A DNA stretch of 46,653 nucleotides from an uncultured Candidatus Peribacteria bacterium (GTDB taxonomy: Bacteria > Patescibacteriota > Gracilibacteria > UBA1369 > LOWO2-01-FULL-3). The translations under genes were made by a program, and so were the position numbers. Below the pieces are notes generated by a model. It worked only from the letters and a program-made list of their open reading frames with translations, had not been told where the DNA came from and did no database searches. The stretch spans positions 10,203 through 56,855 of the forward strand of contig CAYVBX010000002.1 of the NCBI GenBank assembly GCA_964449945.1. The letters run 5' to 3'. Below are positions 7,026-17,100 of the stretch, piece by piece; the first letter of the stretch is position 1, and each line of letters starts with the position of its first letter.

Positions 7026-10000
7026 TTAGTTTGCAGATCTTAATTGATTGATGTCGATAAGTTGATTTAGGCCTTCAGGAGTATTTAGTAAAACTCTTTG
7101 ATCGTATCTAACTGTAATTGATCCTTGATCTCTTAGAGGATCACCTATAGCTCGCCTGTTGTAAAATATTTCATAAACATCTCCAATTAGCGATCCATTT
7201 ATTGTTAGGAGTTTGTCAAATGTTGGGCGATTTTCTAGAGATTTTATTTGACCTGTTCCTTCGTCTTCATTTACTGCCATAAGGATTCCATTTATTTCAC
7301 TTACTTCATTTGAAATATTTATGTTTCCATTGATTGCAATAAATGCTGAAGATGGGAATGATTTTGGTTCACTTGGGTTTGCAAGTGCGTCATTGTATAA
7401 AATATTGCTTTTTATGTTTATATCGCCATTTATTACAATGTAGGTTTGGTAAGCTGGAACTTTTTCTTGTTTTTCAATTATGTATGGATTTATGCCGTCT
7501 CCAATTGTAAGATTTCCATTTTCAACAACGAAAACTCCGCTTTCAGTGTTTCCAAAACCTTTGAGTGGCAATTCGTTTACTCTTTGTATTTCAATGTCTC
7601 TAGTGATTTTTCCAAATCTTGCAAGTAGGTTTATGTTTCTTTTTATTGCACTGTTTATGTTTTCTTCTTTCCAAATGCCTGAGACTTCAGCTTCCATTTC
7701 ACAAATTGATGAAGAAAAGTTTTTTAGAACATTTCTGTATTCGTCAAGTTCGGAAATGTCGGTGTTTGAAAGTTTACAAATGTCGTGTGTTGGAAGTTTG
7801 TAAACTATTGCGTCTTCATCTCCTGCTCCTGTTTGTGGAGTTGTTGGTGTTGGTTCTGTTGGTTTAATAACCACACCTCCACCTGTTTGTTCACTACAGT
7901 AGCTTATGTCTATTCCAGTTGAAACAATATCTCTGAAGAAGACATCTCCGCTTTGGGAAGCAATGATGTATGGGCAAACAACAATTACTTTAGCAGTGTC
8001 ATTTCCGCTATAAATTAAATCATTTATTTCGAAATTTCTGTCGAGTTCTTTTCTTGAACCGTTGAAGTGAACTCTGTTGTCGAAAACTTCTCCACAACCT
8101 TCTGTTGTTGTAAGTTCTTTACATCGTTCATCGGTAATTGTTGTATTGTTTTCTGTTTGTAGAATTATGTAAACTCTTTCAGCGTTTTGAAGATTTGATA
8201 AAACTAGTTTTCTTCCTCTTTTGAAATCGTTTTCTATGTCATCAAAATCATTTGCGATACAAACAACGCTTGATGATGCATTTTTACAGTAGTATTTTCT
8301 TTCTAAGTTTCTGATGCTTAGATTATTGTCTCTGTAGTTTGTAATTCTTTCATCTCCAATTCTTTCGTTTAAGTATCTGTTTTCGTCAAAGCCTTCGGAA
8401 ATGTATATTACATATGGATTGTTGTTTCCTTTTGCCTCAACAAGAATTGCCATTTCTAGATAATCAAGTTTTCCATTTATAGAGCCATCAATTGCACCGT
8501 TTACTAAATATCTCTCATAAATTTCTGCACTTTTTGCTGAATTTGGAGTGAACTCAATTAAGTAATTTACAAATTGGAAGTCTTTGTCTAACCATCTTGA
8601 GAGCCATGCTTGTTCTTGGTCTGCTTTTCCTCCAATGTTTATAATGTTTCTGAAAGATTTATTTTTCTTATCGTAAACATATTTTTTAATTTCTGGTTTA
8701 ACTTCTTCGTCAATAAAGGAAATTGATGCTCTACAAAGTGGTAGTTCTTCTTTTGTGTTTTTGTCAATGGCTTGGATTATTATTCTAGGTTCTTCGTCTG
8801 TGTCAATGTTTCTTAGAGTGTTGTTTTTTTCTGTTGTAGTTGTTCCTCTTGTCCATGTTCCTGAGTAGGAAGGTCTTAGTGTCCAAATATATTCTAAGTC
8901 TTCTTCATAACTAGCAGGTGAGGTACGAACTTCAATTTCAAATCTTTGGTTTCCAGATTCTAAGTCTTCATAGGTCCATCTTCCGCTTGGTTCGATAATG
9001 CTTAAATCAAGACATTCTTTTGTTTCTTGCACAGGCCTTCTTTCTAGTGCAAATATTTTTTCACAGTCTTCAGTGTACTCTGGATGGTATTCAACTTTTA
9101 GGGCATTTGTTGTTGTTTCTGCGTCAACAAATGTTATGAAAAATACTGTTTGACTTGAATTTACTGTTATTGTTCTTGGTAAATTTATTGGTTCTGTTGA
9201 GGCCAGTTTGCTTTCTGCAAGGTCGTTTGCGATTTTTTTGTAAGTATTTATTGTTAGTGTGTCCCTTATGAAGGTTGGAATTTCACTTGAACTTTCAAGG
9301 ATTGGTACCGCTAAAAACACTCCTTGTGTGCTTGTGTATTTCGTTTCTGTGTCTACACTTTTTGACATTGTTACAACGGATGACAATTCGTAAACGGAAT
9401 TTTCTTTTAATGGTGATTTTAGGGCTTCTGGAAGGGTTGGAATTGACCAGTCGATCACTACTAAATCTAAACAAATTAGTTCTCTTAGTAATGGATATGT
9501 CTTTTCGCAATTTTCTTCTGTTCTATTGCTTGCTTTTACTGTTAGTGCGTTTGTTTTTTCTTCCGCGTTGTCGTAGGTTATGAATAATACAAATGAACCA
9601 TCTGCAACTGTTAAAGTTTCCTGCATATTTGCAATATTTGCAGTTTCTTTGTTGAAACCACTTGCAATAAGTCTTTCACCTATTGATGCATAGTTTTTAA
9701 TAATTAAATTGGAAACAATAAGTTCTGGTTGTAAATTTGATCTTAGGTTTACTGGAACTAATAAAAATGCGCCTTCTGTAGAGCTATATGTGGTTTGTGC
9801 ATTTTCAACAAATGAAGAGTATCTTGTGTCATTTGTTAGAATATAAGCTTTTGAGGCCTCTAGTGTTGTTAATATTTGTGGAGTTTCAGGCGTTATGTAG
9901 TCATATGTTTGTAGATCCAAACAAACTGGTATTTCTGGCGTTGGGTTTAGTGTTATTGTTTTTACACAAGGAGGAAAAAGTCTGTTTTGTGAGTCGAAAG

Positions 10001-12305
10001 TTTTTATTTCTATTGTAACCGTTTTTGTTAATGGACTTTCGCCTGTGTAATAAACAGGGGAAAAACTGTATGCGTTTCCTCTTCCAACAATTCTAAATAA
10101 TTCATTTTCTTGTGTGTAGTTTTGGCCTTGTTCTGTGTATTGATTGTTTGAAAGTGTGTAAAAAGTTCCAAGTCCATCTGTTGTGGTCCAAGTTGTTGTG
10201 ATTGTTTCGAGTTCTCCTGCAAATATTCTTGGGTCGAAAGAATGTGTAGGTGTTATTTTAAGCCCTGCTTTCCCGTTAATTACAACTTCTTCTGTTTTAA
10301 TTTCTAAATCTGTACAGATTGGCATTTCTGGTGTTGTTGGTTTTGGGTTTATTGCAAAAGATCTTTCACAGTCGTTTACGCTTGTGTTTTCTGTTGAAAC
10401 TTTTATAACATTTCTTCCAGCAGAGGGTTTTAGTGCGTAAAAATATACTTCTGTTTCAGGAGATACTATTAGTTTTGTCGTGCCATTGCATTTATCTTGT
10501 AATGTTTTGAGTGTTGTTTCTGGAATTGGTTTTTCAATTTGTTCTATTAAAAAATCCCTTCTGGAAATGATTTCAATGTCTCCTTTTTCAAGTTGTTGTA
10601 TTCTAAGAGAGGTTGGAGGGGTTATTACTGCCTTACTATTTAACAGGTTTAGTGTTTCTGTTCTTGAAGGCATTGTAAGAGTACTTACTTGTAGTTTTTT
10701 TGAATTGAAAATGCTTGAGTTTGATGATGTTTGTTGTGTTTGACTGAATTCTATGATTTCGTTATTTGTGTTGTCGGAAAGATCTTCACATTTTTCTGTT
10801 GTAAAGAAGCCAAAACCATCTTCTACTTCATAGACAATATTTTCATCAAATAAGTTGTTGTTTGTAGAAATGCTTTTTGAAACAAATTTTGTCTGAGTAC
10901 CTTCTGTAATAGGGAACCGGTGGTTTATTTGTATTTCTTTACAAATAGGAGCTTCAGTTGTTAGCGTAATAGACTTTGCGCATTTTGGAAAAAGTTCATT
11001 TTTTGAATTGAAGGTTTCAGCTTTTATGCTTACTGATCCAATGCTTGCTGATGGAAGATAATAAATATCTGGAAAATTGTATTTATAACTTTTTCTTAGG
11101 CCAGTACTAATTTCTTCAAGAATATGAGCTTGTTTGTAGGAATTTCCTCGATCTTGAAAAGTATTGTTTTCATAAGTGTAAAACTTTCCTTGAGTGTCGG
11201 TTGTTGTCCATAAAGTAAACATGTTTTCAATTTCTGAAAGAGTTGCAGATGCAAAACTTTCTGGGTCAAAGCTGTGAGAGGTGATTAGTTTTAAGCCTTG
11301 TTGTCCATTTATGCTTGCAGGACTTTGGTTTAAAGTCATATCTTCACATGTAGGCATTACAGGTGTTGGTCGTTTTTTTACAACTGCATCAAAATATGCA
11401 AACCCTGAGTAGCCAAAACATCCTGGAAGTTCATCGAAATGAAGCCACATTTTGTTTCTGTTTAAATCTATGTTTGGAGTTATTGTTATATTTTTTGTGG
11501 TTTCTGCAAGTGTTGTGAAACTAAGTGTTGTTTGGTTATGTACTTCGCCATCAAATTCTCTAATTACATTTTCTAGTGGGTCTGTTTCTAAATACATCCA
11601 AAGCCATGCAGTATTTGGTACCATTTCAAGGTACAAATCGTTTGAATATCTTAGCATTAGAGTGTCGTTTGTGGCTGTTTTTGTGTTTGTGTTTGGATAA
11701 CTGTTGTTGTCAGCATAAATATATCCTTTTGGTTTTAATAAGTTTTCAAGATTTGTATCTACGATATTATTCAAATCAATTCCTACTTGTACATTTTTCG
11801 CGCTTTCGATGTTTTGATTTATAAAGGGGTCTTTTGCATTATTGTGAAAATATACTTCAAATCTTACTTTATCGCCTTCAAATATTGGATTTTGTAAAAA
11901 ATTATAATAAACATTTTGGGGATTGTCTTTTCCTGTTGGGCAAACTCCTCCCTCACAATATTTTGATAAAGTGAAAAGTCTTTCATCTCCGGATCTTCTT
12001 CTTTCGTCTTTTGAAACACCTGGTGTTCCCGGAAGAGCTTCGCAAGAGCTTAATTCTCCTAAGCAAGCGCCTCTTGAGTCGCTAGGGATGTTTGGGTTGT
12101 TAATGAAGTTATTGAAGCTCACATAATCTAAGCCCTGAGATCCTTGAATGTAATCAATTCCAGCTCTAGCGGGTGAGAAATTGAATTGATTTGGGATGTC
12201 TACTGCATCAGTAGATAGTGCGCTAGCTGAAGATAGGCCTAGGGTACTTATAAGGGCAATTAAGAGTATTGTCTTTGCCATTATTGTTTTTTTCATAGTT
12301 TTCAT
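7026..12305 (-). CDS. Large exported modular surface protein/adhesin (1759 aa)
   Basis: Sec-type signal peptide (MKKTIMAKTILLIALISTLGLSSASA); Thr-rich; six Cys-bracketed internal modules; C-terminal NGNLTI/NGDINI/NGNINI/LTINGSLIG beta-solenoid-like repeats. Confidence 0.8.
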   Translation of the reverse strand: MKTMKKTIMAKTILLIALISTLGLSSASALSTDAVDIPNQFNFSPARAGIDYIQGSQGLDYVSFNNFINNPNIPSDSRGACLGELSSCEALPGTPGVSKDERRRSGDERLFTLSKYCEGGVCPTGKDNPQNVYYNFLQNPIFEGDKVRFEVYFHNNAKDPFINQNIESAKNVQVGIDLNNIVDTNLENLLKPKGYIYADNNSYPNTNTKTATNDTLMLRYSNDLYLEMVPNTAWLWMYLETDPLENVIREFDGEVHNQTTLSFTTLAETTKNITITPNIDLNRNKMWLHFDELPGCFGYSGFAYFDAVVKKRPTPVMPTCEDMTLNQSPASINGQQGLKLITSHSFDPESFASATLSEIENMFTLWTTTDTQGKFYTYENNTFQDRGNSYKQAHILEEISTGLRKSYKYNFPDIYYLPSASIGSVSIKAETFNSKNELFPKCAKSITLTTEAPICKEIQINHRFPITEGTQTKFVSKSISTNNNLFDENIVYEVEDGFGFFTTEKCEDLSDNTNNEIIEFSQTQQTSSNSSIFNSKKLQVSTLTMPSRTETLNLLNSKAVITPPTSLRIQQLEKGDIEIISRRDFLIEQIEKPIPETTLKTLQDKCNGTTKLIVSPETEVYFYALKPSAGRNVIKVSTENTSVNDCERSFAINPKPTTPEMPICTDLEIKTEEVVINGKAGLKITPTHSFDPRIFAGELETITTTWTTTDGLGTFYTLSNNQYTEQGQNYTQENELFRIVGRGNAYSFSPVYYTGESPLTKTVTIEIKTFDSQNRLFPPCVKTITLNPTPEIPVCLDLQTYDYITPETPQILTTLEASKAYILTNDTRYSSFVENAQTTYSSTEGAFLLVPVNLRSNLQPELIVSNLIIKNYASIGERLIASGFNKETANIANMQETLTVADGSFVLFITYDNAEEKTNALTVKASNRTEENCEKTYPLLRELICLDLVVIDWSIPTLPEALKSPLKENSVYELSSVVTMSKSVDTETKYTSTQGVFLAVPILESSSEIPTFIRDTLTINTYKKIANDLAESKLASTEPINLPRTITVNSSQTVFFITFVDAETTTNALKVEYHPEYTEDCEKIFALERRPVQETKECLDLSIIEPSGRWTYEDLESGNQRFEIEVRTSPASYEEDLEYIWTLRPSYSGTWTRGTTTTEKNNTLRNIDTDEEPRIIIQAIDKNTKEELPLCRASISFIDEEVKPEIKKYVYDKKNKSFRNIINIGGKADQEQAWLSRWLDKDFQFVNYLIEFTPNSAKSAEIYERYLVNGAIDGSINGKLDYLEMAILVEAKGNNNPYVIYISEGFDENRYLNERIGDERITNYRDNNLSIRNLERKYYCKNASSSVVCIANDFDDIENDFKRGRKLVLSNLQNAERVYIILQTENNTTITDERCKELTTTEGCGEVFDNRVHFNGSRKELDRNFEINDLIYSGNDTAKVIVVCPYIIASQSGDVFFRDIVSTGIDISYCSEQTGGGVVIKPTEPTPTTPQTGAGDEDAIVYKLPTHDICKLSNTDISELDEYRNVLKNFSSSICEMEAEVSGIWKEENINSAIKRNINLLARFGKITRDIEIQRVNELPLKGFGNTESGVFVVENGNLTIGDGINPYIIEKQEKVPAYQTYIVINGDINIKSNILYNDALANPSEPKSFPSSAFIAINGNINISNEVSEINGILMAVNEDEGTGQIKSLENRPTFDKLLTINGSLIGDVYEIFYNRRAIGDPLRDQGSITVRYDQRVLLNTPEGLNQLIDINQLRSAN

Positions 12306-12338
12306 TTTTATTTTTATTATTTGATTTTAATTTTATAT

Positions 12339-15300
12339 TTAATTAGTGCTTCCTGAGCTTCCTTGTTCTCTTGGAATGTTTACTTTTACAGGGGTTGGCT
12401 CATTTGGATTTCCTGTGTTTATTTCTGTATTGGATGGTCCTTCGTTTCCTTGTTTTTCTCCGCCTTCATTTACTCTTTTTCCTGGTCCTTGGCCGGCTTC
12501 TTTTCCTTCTGGTGTTTCTGGAGTTTTTTCATTTCGTATTGCTACTCCTCCTGTTATTGTTGAGGCGACTTTTCCCATTTGGTTTTCAACTACTTCGTTG
12601 TGTTCAAGATAGGCAGAAACAATTTTTAAATCTTTGTCGTAAGCTATTATTTGAATTTCTTCGTTCATTTTAAAGCTTGAGTTTCCGCATTTGTTAAATG
12701 CACCTGCTGATATGTTAGTTTTAAATGTGATTTCATATCTTGGTCCATTTTCAACTTGGTGTATAAATTTTTTGCCCGAAAGTTGGTGTTCTCTCATTTT
12801 AAGTACAAGGTTTTTGAACAACTCGAAGTCTTGTCTGTAAAACTCTTCTTTTTCTAGAAGGCTTGGATCTTTTGCAATTTTTAAAATACTTTGATAAACA
12901 TCTTCTCCTTTTTCTGTAGATGTAGTTAAAAGATCGTTTAAAGCAGGACTTAAGGCCAATATTTTTCTGGTAAATCCACTTTTTAAAAACTCTTCATTTT
13001 CAATTCCAATTGTTGGACTTAACATTTCTATAAGCATTTTTCCAATTTTGCTATTGTTTGGGTATTTTGAAATTGATGCTTCAATGATTCCTGTGCTTGT
13101 AAAATATGGTATTTCGCTTTCGTTTTTGCTTAGTGTGTATGTTGAAACGGGTTCTCCTTTTTCATTTCTTGTTACAGAATAAAATGAATCACCAGCTTCA
13201 AAGCCAATTAAACTTGCATTTCTGTAATCAAAATTTGCATCATTTTCTAGTTTGAATATTAGCTTGTCGATTGTATCTAAAAGCACTTTTTCGCTATATT
13301 CTTCCCCGAGTTTTTCTGTATTTTTTTCTCCCATTCTTCTTAATGTTTCTTCAAAATCTCTTTTTAATTCTTTTTTGAAAAAATTTCTTCTTGTTCTTAG
13401 TGTTTGTGCAATTTTTTGGTTCGCCTCTCTTGGAGATAGTTTTTCATATTTTTCTTTGATTATTTGAGAGAAATATAAATCTTGTATAATACTAATTGCT
13501 TCAGTAATTTCTTTATTATTAAGAGGGTTTTCTGGAAAACTTTCGTTGAGTAAATTTATTATACCATTTGTGTCATTTATTGTTTTGGCGAGTTTTTCAT
13601 AAAATTCTTTGTTGTTTAATTTTTCTTCTAATTCTCCTTGCAAATTATCTCTTAAATTATATCGCTCTTCATATTCATTTTTTTGAAGAAGGTTTACTAC
13701 TTCTCTGGAATTTTTCTCATTCTCTTCTCTTAATGCTATTTGATCTTCTGGCATTTTTTCTAATCTTTGACTTCTTTGTTTTGCATATTCAATTGCCCTA
13801 GACTCACTATCGTTTAATCCTTCTCTGTCTTGACTTAAATCTTCTTGGCTTAAGTACGCTGGAATATCAAGTAAGTTGTTTTGTATCCATGCACCTTCTC
13901 TTGTTGTTCCGATTTCACTTTTTATCCATCCTTGATTTGATTTTTTACTAAAAAACGATCCCTCTGTTTGGCTAGTTATAAAATCTCTATCTCTTTGTCC
14001 GTAAAGAGAATTTTTGCTCCTTATTATTATTACTTCTCTTACATTTGAAGAGTTTTTATCGTATGAAAAAGGAAGATTTAATTTTTCTCTTGTTATTACA
14101 AGGTTTTCTAAATTTCCTTCAATGGCAAATTTGTTTCCATCTTTAATGAGTGCGAGATCTGTTAATGCTGGGTCGATATACATTTCCATGTCTTTTGATC
14201 TTGTGTCAAAGATGTTTAGTTCAGTTTTTCCATTTTTATTTTGAGATAAAGATATTCGTAGCTCTTTTAATGCTTCATTAAAGGACTCAAGTCTTGTACT
14301 TACTGTGTTTAAATTTATTGTTCTTGAGTCTTCGATTATTGCTATTTCTCCGTCAGAAGTGTATGTGACTTCTTTGATAGTTTGATTGAAAACTATTTTT
14401 TCTTTAGACTCTGATGCAGTTTTTAATGCTTCTTCCATTTTTATGTCTTGTCCTAGTTGTCTTAAGTTTCGGATTTGTTTTAAGTGATTTAATGATTTTC
14501 TGTTTGGAATAAAAATTTCTGCAGTTCCAATATAAAAACTAATATATGGAACGGGAATTACTCCAACCATTGCGACTCCAACTTTGTGTACTAGGGGTAG
14601 GGCAGAATCAAGAGTGCTGGTATTTTCGATAGCCATTTGGATAATTTGTTCTTCTGCCATTTCTACCATATTTACTATATCTTCCTTTGTTAATGAAAAT
14701 TCTCTTTCAAAAGCTCTTAAAGTATTTTCAATTCCTGGTATTTGCATTAAAAGATTATATTTTTCATCTATTGTTTTTGCATATTTTATTTTCTCAAATG
14801 CTTCAAAATAAGGGCTTTCTTTTTTTGCATTTTCGATATTTCTTTGCATATTTCCTTCTATCTTAAATGTAATTTCTGCATTTCCTCCTAAAATCATTTT
14901 TCCGTTTGCAAAATTTATAGCAATACCAATTCCTCCTCCCAGTTCTATATCTTTATTTCCTGTTGAGGCCTGAAGCATTGCACCAATATTTCCTCCACTT
15001 GAAAGTCCTAAATTTAAACCAACTGTTAGGTCATTGCCTTTGTATAAGTTTACGCTTATTCCGGCTCCAGCTTCAACATTACTTAAATCTGTTGCAACAC
15101 CGAGGGAAAGAGAAAATCCTTCGGAAAGGGGGATTGTTCCTCCTATTCCAAATCCTTCAATTCTATCAAATTTTCCATCTTTAAGTACTATAGATGTGCC
15201 AGTAGCAGTGAGTAATTGTGATTTTATTTCTTCGATAACTTTTTTTGGAACATTTTTTTCTTGAAGACTTTGTTCGAATGATAACCAGTATTCTGGTAGT

Positions 15301-16931
15301 TTTTCTTCCGCAATTTCTCCTGCTTCTTTTTCTTCTTTTTGTGATATTTTAGCTCTGTCTAAAATAAATCCAAGTTGTGCGAGTTCTTTTTGTTCATTAT
15401 TAAAGCTTTGTAGCTCTGATAAGCTATATATGTAGTTTCTTTCTTCTATTTTTCTAAAATCATTAGAGCTAAGTAATGTGTTTAACTCTTCTTCATTTTG
15501 TGTTTTTTGCATTAGTTTTGCAATTTCTCCAAGTCTTATAAAGCTGTTTATTTTTTCTAATATTTTATGTGCTAATATTTTTGGTTTTCCGTTTTCTATT
15601 GTGATGAAATTTGGATCTGTAATTAGAATATTTATTGCAGATTTTGTGTTTGTATGTCTTTTGAAAATTCCTTCATCAAGATAGCTTGTTTTTCCATCTA
15701 TGTTTGACATTGTTATATCTTTTGCGTTTGATGTTCCTGTTAGAAAAGCAACAAATTTTTCCCAGCTTGAATTTTTTGTTTCACTAAAATTAAACAATTT
15801 TTCAAGATTTTCAATTATAACTTTTTCTTCTTCTGAAAATTCTTCATTTAATCCTTCTAGATTTTTTTTGTCTGAATTTGTTTTTTCATCATATCTTAGT
15901 GTTTTTAGTCTATCACTTAATTCTCTAACAAAAGCGAAATCTTGATATTCTTGTGTATCATTTGGTACTGAACCTTTTTCAAGTATTTTTTTTGTAAAAT
16001 TTCTGTAATTATCCTTGTAGTTTAATATTTTATGTTTCTTGAGTTGGTCGAAAATGTCTTTATCGGTAAAGAAATTATCAGCGCCTCTAGCATAAATAAT
16101 ATCGGCTACTATTTCAGAAGCTTTTGCTTGATCAATTTTGGGATTTTTACTTTTTAGTGTGTTTGTTATTCCAAGATTTCCAAATAAATTTTCGTAATTG
16201 TTTCTAATTTCTTCTTTGTTATACCTAGAAAGAGGTGAATAAAAATTGTGCTCAGGGTTTATATTGTTTGCTGAATTTGTTATCGCTTCGACATCTCGCA
16301 TCATTCTTTCTTTGTATGAATATTCGTTTAGTTCGCTTGAAATTTTTTGGAATTCTTGAGTTCTTTCAAGTTCATTCATTTTAAGCGTGCTTTCGTCTAT
16401 TGTGCTTAGATTTTGTGTTTCAGTTGTTTCGTATGTTGCGTTTTGAATTTCTAGTCGTGCTTTGCTTTCGTAATTTTGAATAAAATCATTAATTACGAGG
16501 TTTGATTCTCCAAATTTTTTATTATCAAGGCCTCTGCCTTTTGGGTTTTTTAAATATAAATCTCTTAGATATTTGTATGAAAGATATTTAATCTTTTGGT
16601 CATCTCTATTTTGAACAGCTTCTTTTAGTTCTTTTGCAAAAAGTGATTTCTCTCTATATACAAACGATCTTCTAACTGTCTCGGAATTTTCAACTGGCAC
16701 TTGAAAGGAAATTTCTTTTCCAACAAGCTCAATTTCATTATTTGTAATTTGTGAAATATCATCACTTAATTGAGTGCTTGCCTGTATTTTTTCACCAGAA
16801 TTTTCTGATAAGTTTATAGTGCTTAAATCTTTTATTTCAGTTTTTTCAGGGGACTGAGGTGCACTTGAAGGAATATTTAGTGTTCCTAGTATTAGTCTTT
16901 TTTCTGAAAAGAATGATAATAATTTTTTCAT
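12339..16931 (-). CDS. Large hypothetical protein (~1530 aa) with a central Gly-rich amphipathic beta-strand block
   Basis: Uninterrupted ORF; ATG 16931 (MKKLLSFFSEKRLIL...) preferred over TTG 16985; Glu/Lys-rich helical flanks; disordered Gly/Pro/Glu C-terminal tail; 33 bp upstream of the 1759-aa gene. Confidence 0.85.
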   Translation of the reverse strand: MKKLLSFFSEKRLILGTLNIPSSAPQSPEKTEIKDLSTINLSENSGEKIQASTQLSDDISQITNNEIELVGKEISFQVPVENSETVRRSFVYREKSLFAKELKEAVQNRDDQKIKYLSYKYLRDLYLKNPKGRGLDNKKFGESNLVINDFIQNYESKARLEIQNATYETTETQNLSTIDESTLKMNELERTQEFQKISSELNEYSYKERMMRDVEAITNSANNINPEHNFYSPLSRYNKEEIRNNYENLFGNLGITNTLKSKNPKIDQAKASEIVADIIYARGADNFFTDKDIFDQLKKHKILNYKDNYRNFTKKILEKGSVPNDTQEYQDFAFVRELSDRLKTLRYDEKTNSDKKNLEGLNEEFSEEEKVIIENLEKLFNFSETKNSSWEKFVAFLTGTSNAKDITMSNIDGKTSYLDEGIFKRHTNTKSAINILITDPNFITIENGKPKILAHKILEKINSFIRLGEIAKLMQKTQNEEELNTLLSSNDFRKIEERNYIYSLSELQSFNNEQKELAQLGFILDRAKISQKEEKEAGEIAEEKLPEYWLSFEQSLQEKNVPKKVIEEIKSQLLTATGTSIVLKDGKFDRIEGFGIGGTIPLSEGFSLSLGVATDLSNVEAGAGISVNLYKGNDLTVGLNLGLSSGGNIGAMLQASTGNKDIELGGGIGIAINFANGKMILGGNAEITFKIEGNMQRNIENAKKESPYFEAFEKIKYAKTIDEKYNLLMQIPGIENTLRAFEREFSLTKEDIVNMVEMAEEQIIQMAIENTSTLDSALPLVHKVGVAMVGVIPVPYISFYIGTAEIFIPNRKSLNHLKQIRNLRQLGQDIKMEEALKTASESKEKIVFNQTIKEVTYTSDGEIAIIEDSRTINLNTVSTRLESFNEALKELRISLSQNKNGKTELNIFDTRSKDMEMYIDPALTDLALIKDGNKFAIEGNLENLVITREKLNLPFSYDKNSSNVREVIIIRSKNSLYGQRDRDFITSQTEGSFFSKKSNQGWIKSEIGTTREGAWIQNNLLDIPAYLSQEDLSQDREGLNDSESRAIEYAKQRSQRLEKMPEDQIALREENEKNSREVVNLLQKNEYEERYNLRDNLQGELEEKLNNKEFYEKLAKTINDTNGIINLLNESFPENPLNNKEITEAISIIQDLYFSQIIKEKYEKLSPREANQKIAQTLRTRRNFFKKELKRDFEETLRRMGEKNTEKLGEEYSEKVLLDTIDKLIFKLENDANFDYRNASLIGFEAGDSFYSVTRNEKGEPVSTYTLSKNESEIPYFTSTGIIEASISKYPNNSKIGKMLIEMLSPTIGIENEEFLKSGFTRKILALSPALNDLLTTSTEKGEDVYQSILKIAKDPSLLEKEEFYRQDFELFKNLVLKMREHQLSGKKFIHQVENGPRYEITFKTNISAGAFNKCGNSSFKMNEEIQIIAYDKDLKIVSAYLEHNEVVENQMGKVASTITGGVAIRNEKTPETPEGKEAGQGPGKRVNEGGEKQGNEGPSNTEINTGNPNEPTPVKVNIPREQGSSGSTN

Positions 16932-17065
16932 ATTTGTTTTATTTATAAATCTATGTATTTTATCAAAAATTTGCTTAAAAGTCAAAATGGAGTTTAGTAT
17001 TTTGTGAATTTATTATAATTTTTGAGATTAAATTTTAAATAATGAAATGTTTTAGTTTAAAATTT

Positions 17066-17094
17066 TTTACAAAAACCAATTTTTGTGTTATAGT
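17066..17094 (+). promoter_or_regulatory. Putative sigma70 promoter of tpiA (near-leaderless)
   Basis: TTTACA-17 bp-TATAGT with TG extension; ATG 17101 lies 6 nt after the -10. Confidence 0.45.
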
Positions 17095-17100
17095 TTTGTT

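Noticed and set aside
7446-15945. Numerous 60-110 aa + strand ORFs antisense to the giant genes (also 34136..34663, 36707..37189, 37685..38257, 38756..39310)
   Set aside because: Shadow ORFs of real minus-strand genes; F/S/L/I-rich composition expected from the antisense of K/E/N codons; no motifs.
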